Positions 48,137 to 61,939 of a DNA stretch of 64,000 bases are shown here, in pieces (the first letter of the stretch is position 1; each line of letters starts with the position of its first letter). The notes beneath the pieces are model-generated. The model was not told the origin of the DNA and did not search any database. It saw only the letters and a list, made by a program, of their open reading frames with translations. The stretch is from Amoeboaphelidium protococcarum X5 (taxonomy: Eukaryota; Fungi; Aphelidiomycota). Made by a program: the position numbers and the translations under genes. The stretch is taken from contig JALDTO010000192.1 in assembly GCA_023515725.1 (NCBI GenBank), forward strand, positions 186,001 to 250,000, read 5' to 3'.

Positions 48137-51100
48137 TCACTCATTAGTCTAATTCGAACTAATTTGACTATTGCCAGAAGTAGAGACGGACAGTAGAGTC
48201 ATGACATGGACAGGCTCGTCGTAAAAGTCCACTGCAGGCTCAATAATCTTACTAGCTTTCCATAGCTTATCCTCATCCAGGGCGAACGCGTCATGCTGCA
48301 GGAACCGCTATGTGAAATGATCCACAGAGAACATATCATACTTGGTCACCTTCTACAGATATACAAACTGGCGGAATGTCTAAGCAACTAATCGCATCTT
48401 GGTGAAATTAACCAGCGTTACATCGCTATTAAATGGATCCGGAATGATGTCTTTACCATGAGCCTCCTCAATAAATACCAAGTCTGAGAGATGGAGACCC
48501 ATAAAGGGGATGCCGCCCACTATTGGTTCTTTCATTTTAGCGTGCGCCGCCTTACCAGACTAATCATCTTTATCATCACCATCAGCTGCATCGGGCACCA
48601 AAGAATCTTATTAGTACAACTTGGTTAGAATATCCTATCGGTAGGTTGAGTAATTGCATGCAGCAGAGAATATACGCGATAGTTCTCGCCAATGCTGTTC
48701 ATACTTTCGCGGCAGTAGCTTCCATGTCTTCTTCAGCCGTCTAACACACGTCATACTAAGAGCGGCCACAATTTACAGACAAGTGTTGTAATTGTGCCAC
48801 TTATAACACAGATTCGCTATTCTGATGAATCTCTTGATAACCTCAGCTCTTGTCTTGGCAGATCTGCACATGCAAATCTCAGTGGCAATCCAGTAAGAGA
48901 CATGATTGAATCTTTCAATGAGAGACTGCAGATTCTTGGCCTTGCACAGCTATCCACGCTACTTGTAATACAGATCCAGTGGCTTAATCTTGAGGAAATA
49001 TTCCATCTCCATTAGAGTCAACTATTTAAACAACTCCATCTCAGATAATGATAGCAGCGATGCGTGAGTCTTCTCCGGATTTGTACCTTTACGTGGTCTT
49101 GTTGATTTAATGCCACCCACTCCTTTGATAGGGACAGTCTATGAACGTCTATCCATTACAAGATTCTATTTAAATCCAAATGCATCAAACTTTTTCTTTA
49201 ATGCGAGTCTGAATGATCCACTCCACATCCTAATCTGCTTCAATTTGCTCTTATAGATGCTCTACTCTACAAATGATGAAACTTCATTCAGTAAGGCAAA
49301 ATCGCATAATCTCTCCTGCTTCAGATCTGACGCGTCTGCAGTAAAGCTCCAATCGGCAAAGTAATCCAAATAACTATACTCATCCAGCCATTAATGGAGG
49401 AGAGATACTATACGCAAAAGTACAGGAAATGGCTCTTTATCGTCCAATATCCACAATCGGCCAATTCTAGCCTCGCTTGCATTGACTCCACTTAGTTGTT
49501 GCTATTACAGCTACTATGATACCTGCGGCGTCTTGTTCTCTTCGCCAGTTGTAACACCTAGCCAATGGATAAACTTGTCCCTCAAGAGGTAGAACAGCTC
49601 CTTCTCAGACATAAAATATCTGTAAGTAAGCATAAAGTCTGATGTAAAGTTCTCATAATGGTCATCAACTTCCGGATTGACCAGTAGATTGCTCAATATT
49701 TGGATATCAGCGGCAATAATTAGCCTCTTCAAGTCAGCGCTCATCTCTTCAACCAGCGGCACATCAGATTATTTCATCTAATCCAAAATGGACGTGACAT
49801 TGCGCCTATTAGGTGAAAGAGGAGAGGTACGAGGTACGGCCAACTTGGAATCGCCACCACTGTCAACATCTTCCTCAGGTGGTATAGGAGTATCAGGCCT
49901 CAAGATAGGATCCGCAGAGGACACATTCTTAATCACCGTAGATACAGAGTCATTGGATTACTTGTTGCGCAGCGACACAAAGCCGCTGTCAGTGCTGATC
50001 GGGCGCAACTATCCCGCTGCTGCACCTATTCCACGCCTCTTCTTCAACACGGTAGGCATCCTGGACACCTTGGCGGGCTAGTCATTAGTGTCATTAAACT
50101 ATTTACTATTATTATTGACGGGAGACTGACGCGTAAAACTGGAACCAGATACACTTTATCTTGGCGATATAGGGCTGCTTAGACGAGCAAGACTGATAGT
50201 AGATGGTCTCTACAGCATCAACTTGCGAAATGACGATCGTTGGTTAATCTTCTCCTACTTACCGCTGCCACCATAGCTAACTATATATCCAGTCTGGCTT
50301 CTACGCAACTATGACTGATGGTTAGCCGGCGATTTACCAGCGACGCCGGTCATACTTTACCGCAGCAGCATATTCTCCTCCGATTAGCGAATAGAAGTCA
50401 ACTTCTCCTCAAACAGCTTAAAGAGCGACGTGCTCTGAGGCTCAACATCAAATAATCCGTTAGGACTTGCCTGGCGCGACGGATAAGCACTATCATATAA
50501 ACTATCTCGCGAATTATCATTATTAATACCACCACCAGCGCCAAAGGTGGCATCATTATCAGAATCGGAACTATGATAGCTCATGTATGATTATGGACTA
50601 TCAGGACGCACAATCTGCTGGCAGCTACCAACATCCAAAATATCCGATGGGATCTCGTTCAACGCCTTCTCTGTCATCTTGTCCACATGCAGAGATTTAT
50701 TACTCAAAGCGGGAGATGCAGGCTTAAACAATCTCTTGATAGACTACTTTGGCGACAATTTACTCTATTTACCATGTGATTATTATGAAGAAGTTGAAGA
50801 TGAAATAATATTACTACCATTATCCCCCGGCGACTCTTGAATGCTCTCCAGAGACGGCTTTCCGCGGAGACTAGACGTTGAGATGCGCGGTATAACAGTA
50901 GTATTTCTCCTTGACAGACCGGCAAAGCTAATGACACTCTACTTGCGCATACTCTCACTCCCCATGTAGGCGTTAGACTAATCATTTGCTCGTACATTGC
51001 GGCGATCATCCAAATCCTAGCCGTCCATTGAGCCATCTGATGTGAAATAGTCTTTGATCATGTGCTACTTTCGCCATGGCCATTAGAATAACTTGTGATG

Positions 51101-51139
51101 GTGATTATAATTACTATCTTCGCCCTTCATACCAGTCAT
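48137..51139 (-). CDS. Ras guanine-nucleotide exchange factor (REM + CDC25 domains)
   Basis: FMLTYRYFM, WHNYNTCLQIVAALS, VRRLKKTW, IPFMGLHLSDLVFIEE, LVNFTKMR. Confidence 0.9.
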
Positions 51140-51680
51140 AATAGATGTTAATCTCAAGGTGGTATTTAGTTATTACAAAGAATAATGTAAAAGTAGAGAA
51201 TAAGATTACTACAGCTGTTAAAAGCGTGTTGTATTCAATCCAGGGGCTCAATCTAAGCTTGACCATGATCACACACACTCTCTCTTTATCTGTTAATTCA
51301 CGCGCAATTCAGACAATCACAGGTAGATTATACCGCGTCCTTCTATCAAGGCCAAATATTAAACTTTTTTATTTATGAAATTCAGTATACTATCAAGTTT
51401 AGCTTTATATAGAGTACTTGACACAAAGGTCCTGGAGAGCGAATAACATTAGTGTACATACAACTACACCGATTCAAAAATCGCTTGCTGTAGTCACTAT
51501 GAGATGAAACAAATCTAATCTATAGCATTGTGCCATTACTTTATATTAAACCTATACTCAAGTTTTGATTTAAACATTGGTTATTGTTATTATTGGCCGA
51601 GCCGCAATTTATTATTTAATTCTTTTACTCTTTTATCAATAGTTTTAATCTGATTGTGAGAGAATAAAAAGAGCATTAAG

Positions 51681-52568
51681 ATGCCCAAGCAGAAGAGATA
51701 ATTAGTGTATCGGAGTGGTAGTATAGTAGCTAGTTAAAGAAAAGACTACAGTGGGCGAGAATAATCGTCATAAGCGCACAAGATATAATCATAATAATAT
51801 AGCTAAGCGTAGACTCAGAGAATTATATCGCGTTTCCACGTGTTGAAGAAGTAGATGCAAAGATGCTCAGGTGATGAGGAGGAGATGACGCGTCTATAGA
51901 GGGAGATTGAGTCACTAGGCGGAATGGACGCGTATTAGAAAGCTAGTCTACTCGGTCAGAGTAAATAGCGTGGAGGAGATTCTTCTAAATGGCTCATCAA
52001 AGCTCTGCCTCAGGGAATTAAGCCCGCGGATGGTACGAGATTACGCTTATTGGACGTGGGCGCTCTAGATGACAATTACTAAAGATATCGCTCATGGCTG
52101 CTGGTGACTGCAATAGATTTGAATCCACAGAATGCGTTTGTATAAAAGTACGATTTTATGGAGTATTCATTACCTGATTAGCGTGATATCAATGAACATT
52201 TTGATATTCTGTGCTTATCATTGGTGTTAAATTTTGTGCCGGATCATGCACAACGAGGTGAAATGCTTCGAAAGGCTGTACTGCATTTAAAAATCAGTGG
52301 ATATCTTTTTATCGTCCTACCTAGACCATGCGTTGATAATTCACGGTATTTTGATATAGATCTGCTGCATCGATTGCTGGAATCGCTTGGGTTTGTGACT
52401 GAGTAAGAGCATACAAGTCTAAAGTTATATTACGGTCTTTATCGATTGATGAAGAAAGTGCCACCATAATCTTAGCAATGCTTCAATAAAAGCGAAATCA
52501 AGACTGGGGATAGATTAAACAATTTCTGTATTACGCTCAAGGCAGCCACCGAACCGTAAGAATCATGA
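51681..52568 (+). CDS. BMT2: 25S rRNA adenine-N1 methyltransferase Bmt2
   Basis: LGGMDAYQKASLLGQ, RGGDSSKWL, LLDVGAL, SLVLNFVP, PCVDNSRY. Confidence 0.93.
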
Positions 52569-52570
52569 TA

Positions 52571-54328
52571 TCATTGTTAAATAGCAGACGATTACTTCTT
52601 TACGCGATCCCTCATCTCATCCGTCAGATATCCCAAGTTTATAGAGGTCCAATAATTGATGGCGAAACGCATATCTTTCACCATTCTATCAGGAAACAAG
52701 CCTTTATAGTGTGGGCGCATTATTCTATCCTCCAGTAGTCGTTCTTTCAGTTTATCTTTGCCCATAGACTCGTTGAGCTCTTGGAACAGGACTTTCAAGA
52801 AGATTCTTGAGGATGAGGTGGTGCTCTCCTCAGTTAGTTTCACCTAGTCCAATACATTCCAAGCTAGAGCATCAGTATGAAGGAGATGGGCGAACAGCTT
52901 GGCAATTATCCTAACACGATTAGTCTCGTATCTGTGAATAGTCGAATAGTACTAGTGGAACTGATCTGCAAAAGAGTCTGACCACTTTCTGTTCAGTTTA
53001 CACAACCGTTCAGCTATCAGGCCATAAAACTTTTCATAAATAGACTCTTGGTACGCGCACTCTATAACCATTGCAGATACCAGTTGATCTTGTCCTAATT
53101 TCAACTTCAGTTGAAGCAACTTATGACAAGCCTCTTCAAAATCCAGACTGGATCTCAATGTTAAGTAAATCTTCTTCCTCAACGCAACACTCTCCGCATC
53201 AGTCTTGTCATAGATTACAACTTTACCGTCTTGAGTAGTCGTTGGTTGGACATCCGACTCATTCTATTGCTATTACTACACTGACGAGTTCTACTCATCC
53301 AATGTAATGGATTAGTCCACTTCGGAACGTAGAGTATCATCTTCTTAGTGCTCATCAACATCATCTTCCTCCTCTTCGCCAAGAATTTCCTTCTTAATAT
53401 CCTCATACTGTTACTCATTCTCAGCATAGTTGTCGTCATACATGAACATGTCCAAAGTCTCCTCTGTATCAGCGGAACCTATAACATCATCAAGCCCAAT
53501 GAAATGAGTAATTTACTCCTCCTCCTCAATCAAATCTAGATCTTCAATCTTGCATGGATACTCTTTAAATCTATCCTTGCGAATCTAAAATAATACCTCC
53601 AAAGAGTACTGGACGCGTTTAGATATCGAAGCGTCTTCATGCAGAATATCCTTCAACTGATCAAAAGTGGCATTAAAAGCCTTGGGACTGACTTCAACAA
53701 GGAAGGCACCCACTTCCTTCAATAAAGCGACTGTCATCTCAACCGAGTCATCAGTAGGCTTCTCTAGAAGCAGAGCAATAATTTACAATGCTACAATTTC
53801 ATGAGCCACCTACTGATTGATCAAATGAGCTAAAAACGTGAGCGATGTATTAAGCATCTTCTTATCACTTCTCTAATATCCTCGCTAGAATGTGTAGATT
53901 AAGCGCTTGATTAAAAGCTAGCCTATGGCCGGTAATTTCGAATTAATAACAGAGATGAGAGCAGCGTAGATATTAGTGTAAGCAGGACTGGCCACCTGGG
54001 CCTTCATCAAGCTCTTACACAAAAGACCGCGACCACGAACTAAATTGACACTGAACAAATCCACCACAATATCTCTCAAATTGCCCACATTGACTCGGTT
54101 AATGAGCCCATTGATACTCTTCTTCAAAGATTCCCATTGCACTCTCTAAAACTGTTCATTCGACGCGTCTTGAGGCACACTCTAACGTTATTGTTATTAT
54201 AATGCAGGCGGTCTGTATGCAGCGGCGATAGACTTCATGTCTCCCACTTTCTATCGCTTAATTTCACCATCCTCTAAATCTTGGTCTTATTCATTGCTTT
54301 AATGATAGTCTTGAGCGGATCTTTTCAT
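52571..54328 (-). CDS. CWC22: Pre-mRNA splicing factor Cwc22
   Basis: [53 protein letters not shown]. Confidence 0.96.
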
Positions 54329-54726
54329 TTTAAATACGCTGCTTCAACAACAACAAGCCCGTAAACAAAGAAGAGAAGCTAGGGACCTCGCTCAGAAGAA
54401 AAGACATTTAAGAATTTTAAGATTTGAACAATGTTTTGCATAATCCTTTGAATACTATATATAAATCATATTTTGAAACTGCTTCAATGTAGAAAGTAAA
54501 GTAAAAGTCCAGTAATTGTGGTATGAATAATATCCGCTAATTACTCATCCAAGATGATCTTCATTGAGATCAACTTTCGTTGCCACGTTACGATTATAGA
54601 ATTCGGCAACCGCGCAATGCGTGACAACACAGCAATCTAGGGATTGTTTAAGACTGCAATTACAGATTCTGCTCATTCTTCTCTTCATATTAGATTTTAA
54701 TTACTCTGGCCGTGGCTTTTACGTAA

Positions 54727-55338
54727 ATGAAAATGATGATGAACATTGGTGCATTGATGGTCTCTATGGCCCTGTTTCAAGTTGCTGCCCAAGAGAATTG
54801 TCTAGATTTGAGTCAATCTGTGTGCGGTAAGTACGGAATCAATGTGAAGTTGCCTACTCTGATGTATAAGGATATTGCTGCGTTCAACAAGCCATATGAA
54901 GTGCCGGACATTCCAAGCAATGCAACTGCTACTCCTGATAATCCTTGCCCAAATCTTGATCCATCCGGGTTGAAGGACAACACTGTGCATTTTATGTGTT
55001 TAACGCTGACTCCATTAACATATAGTTTATCTGCTCTGTTACCGAATGGAACTGACGCATTGAGCAAGTGCAACGGCGGCAAGGTAGAGTATCCTTAAGA
55101 GCTGTTGATGTGTAAAAGTAGTTGCGAATCCTACTTCAAGGCAACAGTTGATTACGCTGCGAAGAGAGGCTGTTCTGCTTTGGGCACCGTAGTAAATGCC
55201 ACCAGCATTGAAGAATCTTGCAAATTGTATCCAACCAGTAACTGTAAGGCTGTCACATTTTCCTCTGCCTTGTCTCAGGCGAAGGTTAGTGTTGTGTCTA
55301 TTGTGATTTTGGCTGTAGTAAGTTACTTGATGATTTGA
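54727..55338 (+). CDS. Secreted Cys-rich, probably GPI/TM-anchored surface protein (paralog 1)
   Basis: Signal peptide, CLDLSQSVCG, CKSSCES, KRGC, hydrophobic C-terminus. Confidence 0.8.
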
Positions 55339-55723
55339 TGAAATTGGGTCGTGATGATGATTTATGAAAATGATGAACATGTTAGAATTTATAAAGCCAT
55401 CTTTGTCGCAACTTTCAAATTTCCTTTAATGCTTAACATGAGGCGTATTTTGAATATGAACCACAACATCACACGCGCGCAGTCTAGCAGTAGAATGTAC
55501 TTTTGATTAAAATGCTCTTGAATCTCAGTCATATCATTATACTGTATTACAAAATTACCTATTCTGATCGGAGTTTTAATTGACGCGTATAGATAGCCTT
55601 GAGATTAAGGGACATGTGATGTGATTAAAGATTGTTTAAGCTGTCTCATGATCTATATTGACATTTCAGCCCCATTTTTGTTTTTAAAAGTGTTGACTAA
55701 AGTTATTAATATTTGGTTACAGA

Positions 55724-56326
55724 ATGTTTACCTCTTTGGTTATAGCTGTGGGAGCCTGCATCGCGTTGTCTGCAGTATCTGCTACTGGTGGCTGCATTGA
55801 TTTGAGCCAGTCTGTTTGTGGTCAGTATGGAATCAATGTGAAGCTACCTACAACTGTCTATCCTAATATCAGCACTTTTAATGCAGTATTTGGTCAGCCT
55901 GATGACAATGGTCCTGCAACAAGAGTTCAGAATGGTGATTTGTGTCCTAACATTGATCTATCTGATTTTAACGATCAAGCTTTGCAATATCAGTGCCTGA
56001 CATTCACCCCAACCACTTTTGATAACATTAATTAGACTGAAGCGCGTGCACAGTGCAATGGTGGCAATGCCGAGTATCCACAAGAGTTGATAATGTGTAA
56101 AAGCAGTTGCGAATCTTACGCTAAGGCAACTGTTGAATACGCGACCAAGAGAGGCTGCTCTGAGATTAGCAAGAAGCTGAATTCCACCTCTATCGCGGCG
56201 GCTTGTCAGGCACTTCCTACTACAGGTTGTAACGCGATCACCTTTACATCGTCTGCATTGAATTAGGCTCAAGTTGGTATTGTCTCAATCTTGATGATTG
56301 CTTTTGGTAGTTATCTGGTGATTTGA
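55724..56326 (+). CDS. Secreted Cys-rich surface protein (paralog 2)
   Basis: Signal peptide, CIDLSQSVCG, CKSSCES, KRGC, hydrophobic C-terminus. Confidence 0.8.
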
Positions 56327-56673
56327 AGACAGTGAACTGATTAAGTGCTTCGGTACACCGACACTTTTGAATATGAAATATTAATTAACACTCACTTCTT
56401 TAATCTATCACTTCAAACTCTTAATTGCACAGGTATTTATCAATCTGGCCATGTATGTATTGATTATCACTCAACTGATTTAAAAGAAGGATCAAGGTGT
56501 AACATAAGAATGCAACGCGTGATCACACCTTAGGTGGTACCTAGTGGTCAGCTTTAATGCCTAGATATAATTTGTGCTCTTCTTTTGTTAAGTATTTTCA
56601 ATCACTAAAAAGTATTGCTTTACTCTTTAATATCATTTCTGTTGAATATCAAAGTATCCGTCTATATCTTACA

Positions 56674-57312
56674 ATGAGCTTTATTAATCTGTGTGCTTAC
56701 ATCGCGGCTGCGCTAATGGCTGTTTCAAGTGTTGATGCAAATAATAATACCACCAACGCCACCACCCCTACTTCTAATGCTTGTGTTGATTTGAGCAAGT
56801 CAGAGTGTGGTCGCTTTGGCATTTCAATCAAATTGCCCGCTGATCAGGCGATTGCAAATGTCTCCGCCTTCAATGACTTTGTCAAGTTGGGTGGGAAGGA
56901 GCTGAGTAGTGGCTGCGAGAATATTGATCTGAGCGGCGTCCAAGATCAGTTGATGGAATATTCGTGCATGACTGCCTCCTATGTCGCTTATAATGTGACA
57001 TCTAGTAATGCGACTATGAGCTCTTAATTGAACACCTGCAATGGTAACAAGAATGTCACTTACTCTCAGGATTTGATTCCATGTAAGAGCACTTGTGAGT
57101 CCTTTTTCCAATTCGCCGTGGCAAAGCTGGAAAAGAAGGGTTGCTCTACTATCAAGTAAAATTTCAACTCCACTGTTATCAATGATGTCTGCTCATTCTA
57201 TCCAGAGTCTAATTGTAAGGCGATTCCATATGCCTCTTCCGCGTCTAATACTATAGCATCGGCAAGCGTTGCTCTGTTCGTAATGGCATCTACCATGTCC
57301 CTAATTGTGTGA
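56674..57312 (+). CDS. Secreted Cys-rich surface protein (paralog 3)
   Basis: Signal peptide, CVDLSKSECG, PCKSTCES, KKGC, hydrophobic C-terminus. Confidence 0.8.
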
Positions 57313-57481
57313 TCATAATGCAAATGGATATTAATATTCGATTTATTATTGCATTTTTATTTTTTACTCTTTTAGTAAATCCAGATTACAGGCATTTTCA
57401 GACTGATCAATTAGGGATTAATAAAATTCATAAATTCCAAAATTAATTACGATATTGAATGCTAATCGCTTATGTAATTCA

Positions 57482-58573
57482 TCATGAAGTACTTTATTCA
57501 CCGGGCAATACTTTGAAGGATTTTGGAATGATGGATGACGCAGCAGGCTCCAGTATTTTCAAAGCCTTTCTTATGGTGTACTCACTAAGCTGCACAATCT
57601 TTGGCAGTTTAGTTTACAACTCCTCTTTATCATTTTCAGGCAGAGTGGCTGATAACTTGACCAGAAGAAGAACCGTAGAGCCGGCGATTGTATTAGGATT
57701 GCGACCAGTCAGCAATTGCTATTACTCAATGTTCTTGACTGTCATTTACACAGCTTATGAGAACTGTGCATCAAGTCCCAACTAGGCACACAGACGCGGC
57801 ACCAATAATTCCGCACTGGCTCCAGCAACATGAGCCTGTGATTCTGTAGATTGCACTACACCTGCCGCAGATTATTGGGACGATGAAGACGTGGCACTGG
57901 CAGCGTGTTATTGCTTTAAGAAATTCAAAAGTAAATTCACAGCCTTCTTCAAATAACCAATTTCCACCTGCGTCACCTTTGAAATCTCTGCAAATGTCCG
58001 ACCAACAGCTTCCTATCTACAAGCTATGAATAGACATCCAGCAATTAAGTGCTGGTTATTCTTCTTCTTCTATAAATCGGCATCCCAAATCTTTTTGTAC
58101 AGCTACTTCGATCTATCAGCGACTACTTTAGGCAGTGATGCTCTTTCGCAGAGATTTGATATGACTTTAAAAGAGTCCATCATGTCTTTATCACCCTTTA
58201 CTGTGCCACTCACTTTGCCATGCATCCGGCTCAGTGAGGAAGTCATTGCATTGCGCACCACTGATCTGTTGATGGAGGTGGACAGATGGTCAATCACGCC
58301 CTCCATTAGAGGATTCTCAACCTGCCCGATACGGCTAGGATCATCACCTCCATTCCCATTATCATCATTAAAACTTCTCCACTCAGAGTGCATATCAATA
58401 ATACGACCAGGATATACGAGGCCACAATCTCCGCACACGAGATCACCAGCACGATAATCTTCAACAATATTCGGTGGATTCTTTTTGCAGTTCTTACATA
58501 TCAGTCTGAATGCTAAATCTATAGACTACTGGGAGTTGCCACTATTACTTTACTATGAATTTTACTGACTCAT
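57482..58573 (-). CDS. SUA7: Transcription initiation factor IIB
   Basis: Zn ribbon CKNC...GDLVCGDCGLV, IDMHSEWRSF, DDPSRIG, ACRQEAVGRTFAEI, GRNPNTIAG. Confidence 0.96.
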
Positions 58574-59032
58574 TTCAAATATTAATTATATATAATTAGA
58601 TTCTTGAGTGACTTCAAAAAGAATCGCTGCTTAAATTTTACGAAAACGACAAAGGAAAGAAAGAGAGATGGGAAAGGAGAGTGACTGAAATTCTGTGCTG
58701 AGTATCAAATGTGATCATTCCAAACTCTCTTAGGACGCCGGGTTCATACTAAACTATATGGATACAATTTACTAGCTATAGCGTAAGCTTAACAAGCTTA
58801 TTTATTGGAATTTCAAGTTTTTTAAACGCGTAACATCAACGTTGATGTCTACGAGGAAACACAGAGCCATCATCATAAAAAGGAGCATAAGTGGGGAAAC
58901 CTCGTGGCTCTTCGTAAGATTGATTTTTCGTAGAATCACCTGTTCAATTCATTCTAAGCCACTTTAATTTTGATTATTTTTTTACTTCACATCAATCAAT
59001 ATTTTTGTGTGTGAATTGAAGTGTATTAAAGT

Positions 59033-59671
59033 ATGTTCCAGCAGCTGTAAACTGTATTTCAAATCTTTGGCCTGTTTGCATCTTAAAAGTGTCCGCCTGA
59101 CTCGATCAAATACTTGGACAATCTGGATCTGAACGCGTATATTCGCAATCCATGGTACGTTTAGATGCAGCAGGTTGTGATTTACACTCCTCATGATGGC
59201 ATGTATTGTATACGCGATCACATTTATCCTGAACATCCCGACTAATCATTATCTAATCTATGGCTCGCCACCACCTGGAACTAGAAGAGTGTCGACGGTG
59301 CGCTAAAGACATTCAAAGTTCACGGTCACATTAAGGATATGTAGACTCCGAGTAGAATGAAAGTTGGACCGAAATTAGTTCCCACCTTCATGAGAGGCGA
59401 GTATTGGGTTGTGGCTGCCAGTGACCGTGATCACGTAAATGGATATGAGTGGGTAATAGTTAGCGGTGGATTACCTAAGAAGAAGGGTCAGAATGGAAAG
59501 TGCAAGATGGGCACCGGATTCAATGGAAGTGGCTTGTGGCTAATGACAAGAGAACCAATCGTGCATTAAAGTGTGATCGACAATATGTTGTAGATTGTTG
59601 ATGATCTCGGCTATGATAAGTCGATCTTGGAGAAGGTATATCACGAAGGATGCACTTATCCCGCTATTTGA
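59033..59671 (+). CDS. Lipocalin-fold protein
   Basis: LDLNAYIRNPWYVQ (SCR1-like), GEYWVV..YEWVIVSGG, SGLWLMTREP (SCR3), terminal HEGCTY. Confidence 0.75.
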
Positions 59672-59787
59672 AATTAAAGGCTGTCCCGGGATATAATCCA
59701 CAGTTTTAATGAAAGCGACTCTTTATAATGATCTATAAACTCATTCTATAATTTTTAACAATTATCATTCAGTGTATAAAGCCCTCT

Positions 59788-61233
59788 TCAAAATCCATCT
59801 TTGGCTAATAATTCCATCACCTCAAGGTAGAACACACGCGCATCAAAACTAGGCTATGCTGCCAACTTCTCTCCCTGTAAATCAACGTTATGATCATGCA
59901 CCTTGTCCCTATTATCATTATTGGCCTGATTGTTCACAGCTTTAGCATTAGCAGATTCATTTTCATAACCATACACGTACTCGGTCCAACTGCTCGGTCC
60001 GTGAATTTAATTAAGTAGACCATGAACTCTTTTCAGGTATGGGTGTTGATCTTGCTGTTGCTACAGTTGTTACGATTGCGCTTGTTAAATGCTATTACTA
60101 TTTCCAGATGATGATGATGATGATGATGGAATAATCTTTTAGGATAAATTCAAAATTGGAGATGGAACTGACAGTGATGGAGTAGGAATAGCTTTCACTA
60201 TAGGATCCAGATACGAGGCCAAGCTAACCAGAGGGCCCAATACATGATTATCAAATGATGGTAGAGACCAACTCTCATAAAACTTTTTAGTTCGGTTCAA
60301 ATCAAAATGATCAGCTTTTAGTGTCTGCACATACTACCCCCATCGAGCACTATAAACAGATACAACACCGTCATTCTCTCCCTCTTTAGCCTTGACAATA
60401 TCCCATGGTATTCTAAGTGGTGATAGATAACTGGCATTGTCAATAGTGGCACCGTATGAATAATACTTTACATATGGATTATCAGGTGTGGATGGATTGA
60501 ACTTCTGCGTCAAAAACTCTGTAGTCAGATTATAATAAGCAGGAGCATCGAGGATAGCCATAACTTTAGCCATAACATCCTGCTTGCGTGCATCCTCTGC
60601 CAGGCCGACTCCAACGTGATCTCTAATCCAATCCATAAATGGACTCCCGCGATGAGGAGTACTCAAAGTGACCAGAGATCGAACTTTGAATGTATGCTTC
60701 TTCAGGTGCGCTATAAGATGTCGAGCATCCAGACCTCCCATAGAATGACACACCAGATTAACATCTTGACCAGCCAGATTTTACTCCAGAAACCTTTCCA
60801 ACTCAATGGCTCTCTACTCAATGCCGCCGACTGCAGATACTCTCGCCACATACACTTTGGCACCCTGGGATTCCAATACATCACTTATACCAGTCCAATA
60901 ATTAATCGGCCCAATTCTATCATAACCAAATAGACCATGGCATAAGACTATTGGATGCTTGGTCGCCTGATAGTGTCGATCAGGTGTAAATGATGGTTTC
61001 TTCAATTTTCTCTGATTGTTACTGTTGTTATCTTCATTAGGATCATGCTCTTTTACAACACTCGGCTTCTTGGCCAGCTGACTGAACAGCTAAGCTTAAG
61101 ACGACACCAGCGGCGCAATAATATTCTACAGCGTCCGTCCAGTATTATTGAGCCATGCCGATGATGATGCCCGACTCTACTTTACTGCAGCGGTGTTAGT
61201 GAGCCAGACCAGCCTAGAAACGGAGGAGAACAT
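59788..61233 (-). CDS. Triacylglycerol lipase, Tgl2-like
   Basis: PIVLCHGLFGYD, VCHSMGGLDAR, TLSTPHRGSPFMDW, ENDGVVSV, DHFDL. Confidence 0.9.
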
Positions 61234-61865
61234 TTTCACAGAAGAGAAATTTAATCGCGAGTATATCATTCTTAATTATATATCACTTGGTTATTCTTAC
61301 AAAATATAGATAGCTGTTGTGCTTTTGTATAAATATTTTACTCTGAAGTAAAAAATAAACTTTATTAAAGTGAATCATGAGACTTGATCAGAATCTCGGC
61401 TGAATCGAGTCACATGGCGAGCATCTTTGTATTGAAGATGAAAAATCTCTCAGATCCAATTATACAAAACTTTCGGGATGCTTATAAAAAACTACCATTA
61501 TAAATAATAATATTTTACTCGGTAATTGAGAAGTTCTCTTTGTTTACGTTAAATTAATTGAAATTTGATAGAGTTTGTACAGTGCATTCATTGAGTGTCG
61601 ATATATTAACAAGGCGCGCGTTACCGTAGATCGATTTATTGTAATCAGAAAGGAATCTATGCGAATACTTTGGGCAATAATAAGGGGCTTACTATCATGT
61701 TTGCGCGTAATCTATAAAAATGTGAACGTAAAGTAGATGGCTATCATGATACTGAGTTATGAAATCAACAATTTCACCTTAGATTGAGAAAGTTAGCGTT
61801 CTCTAGGCCAAAATGAATACTAGTAAGTAATAAAAAGTTAGCATCATGTATGATACTGGCATTGA

Positions 61866-61939
61866 CTCTCCCGGGCAGGATTGAACTACCGACCTCTCGA
61901 TTAACAGTCGAACGCTCTAGCCAGCTGAGCTACAGGAGG
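61866..61939 (-). tRNA. tRNA-Asn (GTT)
   Basis: Cloverleaf CCTCCTG-TAGCTCAGCTGGCTAGAGC-G-TTCGA-CTGTTAA-TCGAG-AGGTC-GGTAG-TTCAATC-CTGCC-CGGGAGA-G. Confidence 0.93.
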
